Both the position numbers and the translations under genes were made by a program. This document shows positions 47,169-56,663 of a DNA stretch of 64,000 nt, one piece after another (the first letter of the stretch is position 1; each line of letters opens with the position of its first letter). The notes beneath the pieces are model-generated. The model saw only the letters and a list, made by a program, of their open reading frames with translations, did no database searches and was not told where the DNA came from. Where the stretch lies: positions 6,495 through 70,494 of the forward strand of contig QKIH01000035.1 of the NCBI GenBank assembly GCA_003249645.1, read 5' to 3'. The stretch comes from Desulfobulbaceae bacterium (lineage in GTDB: Bacteria; Desulfobacterota; Desulfobulbia; Desulfobulbales; Desulfocapsaceae).

Positions 47169-48671
47169 TTAATGAACCGCACAAGCTAAACATGGGTCAA
47201 ACGCACGTACAATACGAGCCGCCTCTATCGGATTATCCTTATCCTGAACATAGGTTCCAATAAGAGCCTGCTCCACCGGTCCTGAGACCTCCTTGTCATC
47301 TTTGGGTGAACAGTTCCAAGTTGTCGGAACGATACAGTCGTAATTACTGACCTTCGAGTTTTCGATGCTGATCCAGTGTCCAAGCGCCCCTCTCGGTGCC
47401 TCTGTCAGCCCGGCCCCTTTTCCTGAGGCAGGAATTGTAAAATCGGCACAGGCAGGCTGCCCCGGCTCTAGTTTTTCAATCCATTCCTCCATTCTGTCGA
47501 GCAGAAGCTGCAGTTCGATAATTCTGATAGCATGGCGGCCAAGACATGAATCAAGCTCCTCAACAGTGCGCCCGATCTGGCGCAGGAACTGATCTGTATA
47601 CTGCTTGAGCAAAGAGTCCCCTGGCCTTGCATAAGCGACCATCACCCTGGACAAAGGACCGACTTCCATAGGCTCACCGTTGTATCTCGGGGCCTTAATC
47701 CAGGAATATGCCCCAGATTTATTCGGTTCAGGATTGGTTTTTCCTCTGCCGGAATCGCTTGAATATTTCGAATATTTCACCTGTTCGGTGATACTGGCGG
47801 TGTCTACCTCGGAGAATGTGCCGTTGATCAACACTCCCGGTTCAAACACCTTGTTCGTATTACCTTTTGCTTGAGCAAATGAACCGTAGCTGAGATAATT
47901 GCCGCAGCTCTTCCCGAGTTGCCAATACTCAGGAAATTCGTTTGCCACCGCAAGGACATCATGTATGTATTCCGTCTCAAGAAACTCGCGAAGCTGCCTC
48001 GTCTTAGTCCTGCAAAGAGCGATTTTCTTTGTTGTCACCTGCTCAGTTACACCACCGGGGACATTTGAGGCCATATGGGGCATCTTGCCTGAGAAAATTG
48101 CAACAAGCTGGTGTGCCAGCGCACGTATATCCATTGCAACAAAATAGTTTTTCAACGCTGAGATATTTACCTCAGCGTTCTGAATATATCGCGTTTCATA
48201 ACGCGGCAGAAAAGGTGCCGCAGGGAATAATTTTTTAGAACGCATTTCCTGCTGAACCCACGACTTGATGTCAAGCAGCATTCTGTCTTTGCCCTGATAT
48301 GCCAGGATACCCTTAACATCGATAAAATCCATGGCAGACAGATGATAGAAATGTGTCACGTTATTGTGAAAATAATTGGCTCCCAGCATGATGTTTCTGA
48401 TCAGGCGTCCATTGTCGGGAATTTCAAGACCGTATGCATCCTCCTGCGCCAAAGATGACGCCTGCCCCTGGGAAACCGGACAGACACCGCAGATGCGCTG
48501 CATTATCTGCTGAGCATCCAAGGGAGAACGTCCTCTCATTATTTGTTCAAAACCCCTGAACATTTCACCGACACATTTCGCATCGCTGATGTAATTGCCT
48601 TCAACTTCAAGATTTATGGCCAGATGCCCTTCAATCCGCGTAAAGGGATCAATACTCACTTTTTGCGCCAT
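47169..48671 (-). CDS. [NiFe] hydrogenase large subunit (short form, no C-terminal extension)
   Basis: 500 aa. Has RIEGH and RICGVCPVSQ near the N-terminus. The C-terminus is DPCLACAVH followed directly by the stop. Both Cys are TGT codons. Confidence 0.95.
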   Translation of the reverse strand: MAQKVSIDPFTRIEGHLAINLEVEGNYISDAKCVGEMFRGFEQIMRGRSPLDAQQIMQRICGVCPVSQGQASSLAQEDAYGLEIPDNGRLIRNIMLGANYFHNNVTHFYHLSAMDFIDVKGILAYQGKDRMLLDIKSWVQQEMRSKKLFPAAPFLPRYETRYIQNAEVNISALKNYFVAMDIRALAHQLVAIFSGKMPHMASNVPGGVTEQVTTKKIALCRTKTRQLREFLETEYIHDVLAVANEFPEYWQLGKSCGNYLSYGSFAQAKGNTNKVFEPGVLINGTFSEVDTASITEQVKYSKYSSDSGRGKTNPEPNKSGAYSWIKAPRYNGEPMEVGPLSRVMVAYARPGDSLLKQYTDQFLRQIGRTVEELDSCLGRHAIRIIELQLLLDRMEEWIEKLEPGQPACADFTIPASGKGAGLTEAPRGALGHWISIENSKVSNYDCIVPTTWNCSPKDDKEVSGPVEQALIGTYVQDKDNPIEAARIVRAFDPCLACAVH

Positions 48672-49111
48672 TCCTGCTACTCCTTCTACTCAAATCAACT
48701 AGTTACATAAAACACTACCTTTCAAGGTAACTCCCCGATGCAGCGTACATTCCTGATGGAATACTAATGAAAAACTAGTTGTATGTTAATAATTCTCAAA
48801 AGTCAACTCGGGCCAGAAAAATATTTCTCAGTTTTTTTGATAAAAATATTTTTTAATTTCACCGTGTTATCGTTAACACATTAGTTGTTTCAAGATGTTA
48901 AAAACGGTAAGATATGAGCTGTCTGCAACCTGCTGACTTGTATTTACAGAATTATATTTTGTACACTGGTAGTGATACTTACTCAGGAGAAGGCCCTCTT
49001 GACTTCTCATCAAGGACTTCGGCCAATTTCAGTTTACAGAGATCAGGCATCAGTGCTATATACCCTGGCAAAGTGAGCTGTTTCAGATACACCAAGAGAG
49101 AAAAACGCATT

Positions 49112-50545
49112 ATGAGTTTGGACAATCAATATCAGCATAAATGGAAAATACTCGGTTCGGTAGGCACCGGTGTCTTTCTGGCAACCGTTGACGGAAGCAT
49201 CGTCAACGTATCCCTACCGACCATGGTTGAGTCGCTGCATACCAGCTTTACCCTTATTCAATGGGTCGTTCTCTCCTATCTGCTGAGTGTAACCACATTG
49301 CTTTTAGGTTTTGGCAGACTGGCTGATATTTTCGGCAAAAAGAAAATATATCAGACCGGTTTCGTCATCTTTACCCTCGCATCGGTCTGCTGCGGCTTAT
49401 CACAAACTGTACACCAGCTCATAATCTTCCGAGTATTCCAGGGGATTGGCGGTGCTATGATCATGGCGCTTGGCCCTGCTATTACTACCCAGTCATTTCC
49501 TCCTTCGGAACGCGGCAGGGCTTTGGGGACAATCGGTCTGATCGTCTCCATCGGTATTGTTGTCGGACCCGCCCTTGGCGGTTTTATCCTTCAGCTGCTC
49601 AGCTGGAACTGGATATTTTACGTCAATCTTCCTTTCGGTATCGTCGGACTCTGGATGGTCGGCAAATTCATTCCAGCCATGGCCCCTGCACATCAGCAAC
49701 GTTTTGATGTTGCCGGCGCCATAATTCTTTTTATCACAGTCTTCTCTCTGCTCATCGGCTTGAGCCTGAGTCAGCAGTATGGTTTTGGTGATATTAAAGT
49801 TATAGCCCTGATCTGTATTGCCGCAGTTGCTCTAGTTATTTTCATTATGGTCGAGAACCGGCTGGAGCATCCGATGATTCATCTGTCACTTTTTCACAAC
49901 CCGCTGCTCAGTGTTAATCTGATCACCAGCTTTATCAGCTTTTTTGCCCTTGGAGGCATTTTCATTCTTATACCGTTCTACCTTGAAACTATTCTTGGTT
50001 TTCCATCAATGAGGGTTGGCCTTCTGATGAGTGTAATCCCGGTCATGATGGGAATATGTTCTCCTCTGTCAGGAAATCTCGCCGATAAGATCGGTTCAAG
50101 ACCGCTGATCATAACAGGACTACTTATCCTTTCACTCAGCTATCTTTTCGCCAGTCTCCTGAAAGCAGACGGTTCTGCCCCCGCTTTTATCCTGCACATA
50201 GTCGGTATAGGAATAGGTACGGGGATTTTCCTTTCCCCAAACAACAGTTCTATTATGGGAGCAAGCCCGAAACAGCATCTTGGTGTCGTATCAAGCCTCA
50301 TGGCCCTTTCACGGACCCTCGGCCAGACGGTAGGCATATCCGTTATCAGCACCATCTGGGCCCTGCGCATTCATCATCTTGCCGGAGACTTCGGACACAC
50401 CAATGTCAGCGCTGCGCCAATCCCTCTGCAGATGGCCGGTATGCAGTTTGTTTTTGTTATCGTAAGTTTTCTGGTGATGCTGGGACTTGGCCTGTCTATT
50501 TACGGATACATTCTTGAACGGCGTCAACAGACCGTACAGCAATAA
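49112..50545 (+). CDS. MFS transporter, DHA2 (EmrB/QacA-like, 14-TMS) family
   Basis: Starts MSLDNQYQHKWKILGSVGTGVFLATVDGSIVNV. About 14 hydrophobic segments and a GRLADIFGKKK motif. The ORF-track extension back to 48914 was rejected. Confidence 0.9.
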   Translation: MSLDNQYQHKWKILGSVGTGVFLATVDGSIVNVSLPTMVESLHTSFTLIQWVVLSYLLSVTTLLLGFGRLADIFGKKKIYQTGFVIFTLASVCCGLSQTVHQLIIFRVFQGIGGAMIMALGPAITTQSFPPSERGRALGTIGLIVSIGIVVGPALGGFILQLLSWNWIFYVNLPFGIVGLWMVGKFIPAMAPAHQQRFDVAGAIILFITVFSLLIGLSLSQQYGFGDIKVIALICIAAVALVIFIMVENRLEHPMIHLSLFHNPLLSVNLITSFISFFALGGIFILIPFYLETILGFPSMRVGLLMSVIPVMMGICSPLSGNLADKIGSRPLIITGLLILSLSYLFASLLKADGSAPAFILHIVGIGIGTGIFLSPNNSSIMGASPKQHLGVVSSLMALSRTLGQTVGISVISTIWALRIHHLAGDFGHTNVSAAPIPLQMAGMQFVFVIVSFLVMLGLGLSIYGYILERRQQTVQQ

Positions 50546-50558
50546 AGTAACAGAGCTT

Positions 50559-51509
50559 ATGAACCCGATTGAATCTGTTTTAAAACACTACCCGATGCTG
50601 CTGCTCGACGGAGCGCTTGCTACCGAACTTGAGAACAAAGGCTGTAATCTCGCTGATCCCCTCTGGTCTGCTCGAATTCTGTTTGATCAGCCAGAGCTCA
50701 TCGCCGCTGTTCACCATGATTATTTTACAGCCGGAGCTGACTGTGTTATCACCGCCAGCTATCAGGCAACAGTCCAGGGACTGACAGCCAGGGGGCTGAC
50801 AGAAAGTGAAGCCTTGCGGGTGATTTCTTCTTCTGTCACCATAGCAAGGGAGGTAAGGGATACCTTCTGGAAAGACATAACAGATAGACGAAACAGGCCA
50901 AAACCGCTGGTTGCAGCTTCCGTCGGCCCTTACGGCGCCTACCTGGCAGACGGCTCTGAATATCGCGGCAACTACGGGATTACCCGAAGAGAATTATCAG
51001 ATTTTCATCGCAGCAGACTTGATGTGCTGATAGCCACACAACCGGACATCCTTGCCTGCGAAACGATTCCCTGCCTCGATGAGGCTCTGGCTCTTGCAGA
51101 ATTGCTGAGGGAATACCCCAATCAATTCTGCTGGATCAGTTTCACTGCCAAAGATGATTCCAAAACCTGTAACGGCGATTCCATATTGGAATGCGGAAAA
51201 CAGCTCAATGCCTTTGAGCAGGTTGCTGCCATAGGGATCAATTGCACTGCACCGCAGTACGTCGGTTCACTCATTAATAAGCTCAGGAGCGTTACAGACA
51301 AACCGATCATTGTTTATCCAAACAGCGGGGATCAATACGAACCGCTTACCAAAACGTGGATAAAGGCTGAAAGCCATGCATGCTTTTCTGATCTTGCAAA
51401 AAACTGGTATGAACAGGGAGCTAAAATCATCGGCGGCTGCTGCCGCACCTCTCCAGCCGACATTGCTAACATTGCCGGCTGGCTGAGAGGGGCAAACTCG
51501 CTCCCTTAA
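50559..51509 (+). CDS. homocysteine S-methyltransferase
   Basis: LLLDGALATELE...DPLWSA...DYFTAGADCVITASYQA...GGCCRTSPADI are MmuM/YbgG-type motifs. ATG at 50559. Confidence 0.9.
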   Translation: MNPIESVLKHYPMLLLDGALATELENKGCNLADPLWSARILFDQPELIAAVHHDYFTAGADCVITASYQATVQGLTARGLTESEALRVISSSVTIAREVRDTFWKDITDRRNRPKPLVAASVGPYGAYLADGSEYRGNYGITRRELSDFHRSRLDVLIATQPDILACETIPCLDEALALAELLREYPNQFCWISFTAKDDSKTCNGDSILECGKQLNAFEQVAAIGINCTAPQYVGSLINKLRSVTDKPIIVYPNSGDQYEPLTKTWIKAESHACFSDLAKNWYEQGAKIIGGCCRTSPADIANIAGWLRGANSLP

Positions 51510-53824
51510 AATTTCAGTCTGAAAAAGCGGATCATCCAGGGCAGGATAAACATATCCATCATCAAAGCGGTAAAGATGGTAAGAACCATCAATCCACCAA
51601 AGCTTTTGATTGGCGCAAAATCAGACAGGACGAACAGACCGCATCCGGCACCCATGACAACCGATGTAAACATCAGGGCTCTGCCGGTACTCCAGATCGT
51701 ATTCTCAAGCGCTTTTTCGATAACGCTCTCATCGCGTATTTCACGGCTGTAGCGTATGAGGACGTGGATGGTATTATCAACGGAGATGCCAATTGCAATC
51801 GAACTGATCATTGCTGTTGCAAAATTCAGCGACAGGCCAAGCCCTCCCATAACACCCATGGTCAACACAACCGGCAGGATATTCGGCACCATCGAAATAA
51901 TGGCGCCTTTCAGTGAACGGAGAAGCCAGAGCATCAGGAAAAAAATGACCGCCAGGGTAATGAAAAAAGAATTTGTCAGACTCTCCAGAATCGATATGAT
52001 CTGCTGCGACATCCTGGCGCTGTCACCGGTGACTACAACCTGCAGCCGCTTATCGACATTGGTCTCAATATAGTTGTTCAGATCATCCAGCAGCTGAATC
52101 TGTTCGCCGGTGCCGGCAATTTTCAACCGGGCAGAAACCCTGGCAACAGAATTGTCATCAGCAAGGAGTGCGGAAAGCTGATCAGACTGGCTGGTGCCTC
52201 CGAGCATAAAGAGAATCTCAGAAATCAATCCCTCTGCATGCTCACGGGTAAGCACATTTTCATCGGAATGCTCAAGTTTACTAAAAATCCATTGAAAAAG
52301 ATCAACGATTGATGTGACAGTTCCAACATCCTGTCTTGCTTCCAGAAAATGCTCGATCTTCTGTATTTCGAGCAAGGCCCACGGCTGCTCAAAACAGTTT
52401 TTCGGTCCCTTGACTTCCATTTCCACCGTACCAAAACCAAGCAGTTTTTTCTGTACAATGGTTAAGCCCTGAATCGAAGGAGCCTCTTCAGGAAGAAAGG
52501 CAACCATACTCGTTTCAACTTTTATTCTGTTTATTCCAACCCCTGCAAAAACGAGAAGCAGAGCACAGATTGCCACTACTTTGGCACTATGCCGCCGGTT
52601 AATGAAAAGAGCAAAGGTAATAACTTTGGTAAAAAGCGAGTTGCGGTATTTCTGGAGAACATCCCCGGGAGGCACAGAAAGAAAGGAGAGGACAAGCGGC
52701 ATCATTACAGCAATCAGGATATAACCGATCAGGATGCCGAAAGAGGACCAGAGCCCCAGTTGACGGATATTGGAAAGATCTGAAACTGCCAAGGTGAGAA
52801 AAGCGGCAGCCGTAGTAAGCGAGGTGAGAAAACATGCTGTGAGCATGTTCTCCATCGTTGAAACAATTATTTCGGTACGATCCCTGCTCGACTTGGCATG
52901 TTCATAATAATGGGCAAGAACATGAACCGCATCAGAGAAACAGACAATGGCAATCATCGATGGGAGCATCGCTCCGACCGAACTAAGCGTTTCACCGAGC
53001 AATGCCATGATGCCGAGGGTCCACCCTACTGCCAGCATGGTGATGCCCAGCGGGAGAAGAACACCGCGTACAGTTCGAAAGGCAAAAAAGAGCAGCACGA
53101 CCATAACCGCCCAGGTCAACCAGAAGAACCGTTTAAAGTCGGTTTCAATTGCATGAGACGAATCAGTGAGCAAAGGAGTAAGCCCTGTAAGATAAACTTT
53201 TACATCTTTAGAAATATTCAACTCACTCATTTTGCTGTTAATGGCAGAAACAGCAACAGCACCTTTTCCCATGCCTCTAGTCAGCGGAGGCAGGGTGATG
53301 TTAATCACCGTAACCTTGCCGTCAAAAGAGAGCAAAGTCCCAGCCCACATCGGATTTGCCAGAACCTCTTTTTTGATCTGATCAAGCTGCGGCTTTGAGA
53401 GATCAGGGGCGGCAAACAGCGGTTTCAGCCCCATCTCACCATACTCATCCACTGACAAGTCCTTAACCGTTGTCAGGGATTCAACTTTCATCACACCGTC
53501 GATCTGTTTAATGGACGATGTAAGTTTTTGAACCAGTGCCAGATTATCAGCGGTAAAGATATCATCTGCTTCAATGATGAGCAGCAGAGGCTCGCCCTGG
53601 CCGAATTTCTTTGCCATGGAGATCAGGTCCCTGCCGGAATCATCCTGCGCGGACACCTTGCCCTGCTTCTGCTCAAACAGGACTTTCGGATTAATAACAA
53701 AGGGGGAAAGGACAAACAGCGAGATCAGCGCGATCACGGCAAGAACAGCCAAACGATACCGCAGTAATGCTCCAACAAGAGTCCGCTGCCATGATTTTTC
53801 AGCCATAATGCCTCTATTTCTCAT
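51506..53824 (-). CDS. RND-superfamily exporter (MMPL/HpnN-like, HAE3-type)
   Basis: 772 aa. Two 6-TMS bundles, each preceded by a large periplasmic loop. SSD-like TM region. Confidence 0.85.
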   Translation of the reverse strand: MRNRGIMAEKSWQRTLVGALLRYRLAVLAVIALISLFVLSPFVINPKVLFEQKQGKVSAQDDSGRDLISMAKKFGQGEPLLLIIEADDIFTADNLALVQKLTSSIKQIDGVMKVESLTTVKDLSVDEYGEMGLKPLFAAPDLSKPQLDQIKKEVLANPMWAGTLLSFDGKVTVINITLPPLTRGMGKGAVAVSAINSKMSELNISKDVKVYLTGLTPLLTDSSHAIETDFKRFFWLTWAVMVVLLFFAFRTVRGVLLPLGITMLAVGWTLGIMALLGETLSSVGAMLPSMIAIVCFSDAVHVLAHYYEHAKSSRDRTEIIVSTMENMLTACFLTSLTTAAAFLTLAVSDLSNIRQLGLWSSFGILIGYILIAVMMPLVLSFLSVPPGDVLQKYRNSLFTKVITFALFINRRHSAKVVAICALLLVFAGVGINRIKVETSMVAFLPEEAPSIQGLTIVQKKLLGFGTVEMEVKGPKNCFEQPWALLEIQKIEHFLEARQDVGTVTSIVDLFQWIFSKLEHSDENVLTREHAEGLISEILFMLGGTSQSDQLSALLADDNSVARVSARLKIAGTGEQIQLLDDLNNYIETNVDKRLQVVVTGDSARMSQQIISILESLTNSFFITLAVIFFLMLWLLRSLKGAIISMVPNILPVVLTMGVMGGLGLSLNFATAMISSIAIGISVDNTIHVLIRYSREIRDESVIEKALENTIWSTGRALMFTSVVMGAGCGLFVLSDFAPIKSFGGLMVLTIFTALMMDMFILPWMIRFFRLKF

Positions 53825-54815
53825 CCATAGCAGGTGCAGACAATGCCTGCAGAACCGTCTCGGACAGTTTCAACTCGTTCTGCTCTCCGGATAGCCACTG
53901 CTTCAACCACAACTGCTCTTGTGCTGTTATTTCGGCAACAGGTTCAATGAATTGAATTCCATAGCGTTGCAAGACCTTTTCTGCATTGTCCGTTCTCTGC
54001 TGAAAAGCGTTTTCCAGGGTATTGCCAAGCTCCTTCAACCGAGCAGAAACTTCATTCTTTTCCTCCACGCTCAAGGCCGCAAGAAACTGGTTGTGCAACG
54101 TCCAGATCCCGTAGGAATAGGCTACCGGCACCCGATAAATATATTTGAGACAGGTATGCCATCTCTTCATGATCAGTAGAGGCAGCGGTGCGAGCACACC
54201 GTCCACCTGGGCTGATTTCAGATCGTTCAACACCTTTTTCACTTCAAGCTGCCTGAATTGCAGCCCGGTCGATTTCAGCTCTCGAATTGCTGCTGAATCT
54301 GCATCTGGCAGCCAGAAAACCTGCTGTTTCCACTCATCCAGAGTTGAAAGATCCTTCGATGAGCCGAAATACATGAAACCAAAATCAACAAAGTCTATGG
54401 CCTCAACATCGTTATTGCTCATATTTTTCAGCAGCATTTCATCCAGCCCGGTTCTCACTTCAATTACCTTCTCTCTGGAAGGGAAGGCAAACGGTAAACT
54501 ATAGGCTAGACTCTCCGGACCAAGACCTAACGAGGCAAAATCCGTTTCTATGGCCAGGCAGCCATCAAGCTCGCCGGTCACCACCCTCTCACCGAACCTG
54601 CTCTGCTGGTCTTTCATGAAATGCAGTTCGATATTTATTTTCCCTTCACTTTCAGTCCTGATACGATCAACCTGATCAAGCATCAGTTGATATTCTTTTG
54701 TCTTCTCAGGAACCGGAACGCCGATACGGATATCAACGGCGAGGCTGTTCTGCGGCAACAGGATACTGATGGTAAAGAGCAACGCAGTCAAAAAGCTGTA
54801 ATATTTTCCTGCCAT
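53814..54815 (-). CDS. periplasmic solute-binding-like protein (DctP/TatP-like)
   Basis: Starts MAGKYYS with a signal peptide. The IRIGVPVPEKT...INIELHF...GELDG pattern resembles TRAP-type binding proteins. The assignment is tentative. Confidence 0.45.
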   Translation of the reverse strand: MAGKYYSFLTALLFTISILLPQNSLAVDIRIGVPVPEKTKEYQLMLDQVDRIRTESEGKINIELHFMKDQQSRFGERVVTGELDGCLAIETDFASLGLGPESLAYSLPFAFPSREKVIEVRTGLDEMLLKNMSNNDVEAIDFVDFGFMYFGSSKDLSTLDEWKQQVFWLPDADSAAIRELKSTGLQFRQLEVKKVLNDLKSAQVDGVLAPLPLLIMKRWHTCLKYIYRVPVAYSYGIWTLHNQFLAALSVEEKNEVSARLKELGNTLENAFQQRTDNAEKVLQRYGIQFIEPVAEITAQEQLWLKQWLSGEQNELKLSETVLQALSAPAMDEK

Positions 54816-54819
54816 GGAA

Positions 54820-55689
54820 TCACTTCCCCTTTTCAAGGCCGGGCTGACACGACCCTGTCTGTCCAAGTTTATCAATGGTCTGCTTCGCCTGTTTGAGGGC
54901 AAAGTCATTCATCAGGGTAAACTGATCTGAGACGGGCAAACCTGACTGGATCACTTTTTTAAGTTTTACACACCCTGCTTCCACTTCTCCGTTATTGGTC
55001 AGCCAAATGCCATAGAATACCTGCGGCATCAGATTTTTTCCTGCCGCCTGTTCAACAGCCCGGTTGAAATAATCGCGAACGCTCTGATCGTCTCCGTATT
55101 CCATAGAAGCCAGTAAAGCGAGGTACAAGGTAGCCATTCCGCTGCGATAATCGGCCTCCAGCTCTGTAACTCTCTGCATCATGAGCTGAATCATGGGCAG
55201 GTCTGCAACAGCATCGAGATCATCTTTTCGTACCCGTACCCAGTCCAGCCAGACCGAACCCGTAGAAAAAAGAGTCGCAACATCTTTCACAGAAGTATTT
55301 TTTACCACCGTTTCAAAATCGGCATAACTGCTGGATCTGGCCGACACCATGCCCGGAATGATCTTTGCAGACGAAGTAAGGGCGTATTCAAGCGCACGGG
55401 CTGTCAGACTGCGTGCCCGTTCTTGATCATCAACAAAATACGCACCGTAAAGACTATAAAGCTGCGCTGCGGCTTCGAGCAGTTTTGGATCATCCGGAGC
55501 CTTGCTCAGCATGCTTTCAATCATGATGATATAGGTCGGCAGCCCGTCTTTAACAATGGTGCTGTCCGGAACTCTGCCCATGCCGCTCAGAATATCGTTA
55601 GCTGAAGGCCCCATTGACAGGGAACAACCTGTTAACAGCAAAGCCACAAGGAGGGAAAAGCAAGAACCGGCAATGATTTTTCTGGTCAT
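54820..55689 (-). CDS. TatT-family (TRAP-T-associated TPR) lipoprotein
   Basis: 289 aa. Lipobox LLTGCS. An all-helical TPR-like protein whose pattern (LPTYIIMIESMLSKAPDDPKLLEAAAQLYSLYGAYFVDD...) matches my recollection of the TatT family. Confidence 0.6.
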   Translation of the reverse strand: MTRKIIAGSCFSLLVALLLTGCSLSMGPSANDILSGMGRVPDSTIVKDGLPTYIIMIESMLSKAPDDPKLLEAAAQLYSLYGAYFVDDQERARSLTARALEYALTSSAKIIPGMVSARSSSYADFETVVKNTSVKDVATLFSTGSVWLDWVRVRKDDLDAVADLPMIQLMMQRVTELEADYRSGMATLYLALLASMEYGDDQSVRDYFNRAVEQAAGKNLMPQVFYGIWLTNNGEVEAGCVKLKKVIQSGLPVSDQFTLMNDFALKQAKQTIDKLGQTGSCQPGLEKGK

Positions 55690-56663
55690 ATATTCCCTCC
55701 TAACTCCCCCTTGTTGAGATGCGGCTTATTTTTACTGAAAAAGCCAAGCGCCAGAAACAGCAGCAAACCCGGAAGTCTAACAATAAGCAAACAGAAACGG
55801 ATTATAAACATCAACTCAGCACCACGGACATATCCGCTTTTTGCAAAGCTTAACATTGATATTGATTCACCAAGTCCAAGACCGCCCGGAGTCACAGGCA
55901 TTCCATTGGCAATCATTACAAAGGGAATGTTAACGGCTGAAGTGGAAAAAGACAATGGCGTATCGAGCATTTGACCGCTGATCTGAAACCCGATCGCCAT
56001 GCTGATTGCAGCCGTGAAGGAAAATAAGGAAGCAATTCCAACCCACAAAAGCAATCGTCCCCACGTTGACGATTGACCGTTTTCGCCTGCTCTTCGTTTT
56101 TCCTTTATCCCCATCCAAACAATGGTTGCCACTGTAACAAGCAGAGTCGCAACACATGATCCTGACAGAAAAAGAATATAGCTCGGCTCGGAAAACGACG
56201 GTCTAACCCAGAGCAGAACTATCAGCGCCAATGCAAAAAAAGCTGCCAGACCAAGCAATCGATCAAGAAAGACTGAATTAATCGTCTTGGTCTTAGCATT
56301 GGAGACGATACGTGTAATATAATAAAATCGGCTTACTTCAGCTCCAAGCGTCCCCGGAGTAACCATTTGAAAAAACTGGCCAATCCAGGAATACACCAGC
56401 ACCTTTCTCAAAGGCAGGTTGATCCTGTTAAGACGGAGCAGACACCACCACCTGATACTTTGAAAGGCGAGGGAAAAAAGAAGAACTAAAAGTAAGGGAA
56501 GAATCCACCAGGATGAAACGATGGACAGTAAGGTTTCGGTGGAAAGCTTATTTTGAGAAATAAGCCAGCCAAGAGCGGCTATTGCAATGCCGCTCTTAAC
56601 AATGGTGAGCCCTGTTTTTGAAAGAGAAATAAGTCCGATAAAATTTCTAATTCTTGCGAACAC
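55686..56663 (-). CDS. flippase-like membrane protein (LPG-synthase-TM / UPF0104 family)
   Basis: 325 aa with ~8 TM helices. Has the GxxGAEVSRFYY-type motif region (TPGTLGAEVSRFYYI). Confidence 0.6.
   Translation of the reverse strand: MFARIRNFIGLISLSKTGLTIVKSGIAIAALGWLISQNKLSTETLLSIVSSWWILPLLLVLLFSLAFQSIRWWCLLRLNRINLPLRKVLVYSWIGQFFQMVTPGTLGAEVSRFYYITRIVSNAKTKTINSVFLDRLLGLAAFFALALIVLLWVRPSFSEPSYILFLSGSCVATLLVTVATIVWMGIKEKRRAGENGQSSTWGRLLLWVGIASLFSFTAAISMAIGFQISGQMLDTPLSFSTSAVNIPFVMIANGMPVTPGGLGLGESISMLSFAKSGYVRGAELMFIIRFCLLIVRLPGLLLFLALGFFSKNKPHLNKGELGGNI

Noticed and set aside
47169-47200. With tRNA-Sec in the window, the hydrogenase might be a [NiFeSe] enzyme.
   Set aside because: The C-terminal motif is encoded as GAC CCA TGT TTA GCT TGT GCG GTT CAT. 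Both positions are TGT (Cys) with no in-frame TGA, so this is a [NiFe] enzyme.
48914-49111. A 66-aa N-terminal extension of the MFS transporter ORF. A SAM/SAH-type riboswitch might also sit ahead of the MFS/homocysteine-methyltransferase pair.
   Set aside because: The extension is non-hydrophobic and precedes a canonical MFS N-terminus that starts at ATG 49112. I could not match the leader to the SAM-I, SAM-II or SAH consensus cores by eye.
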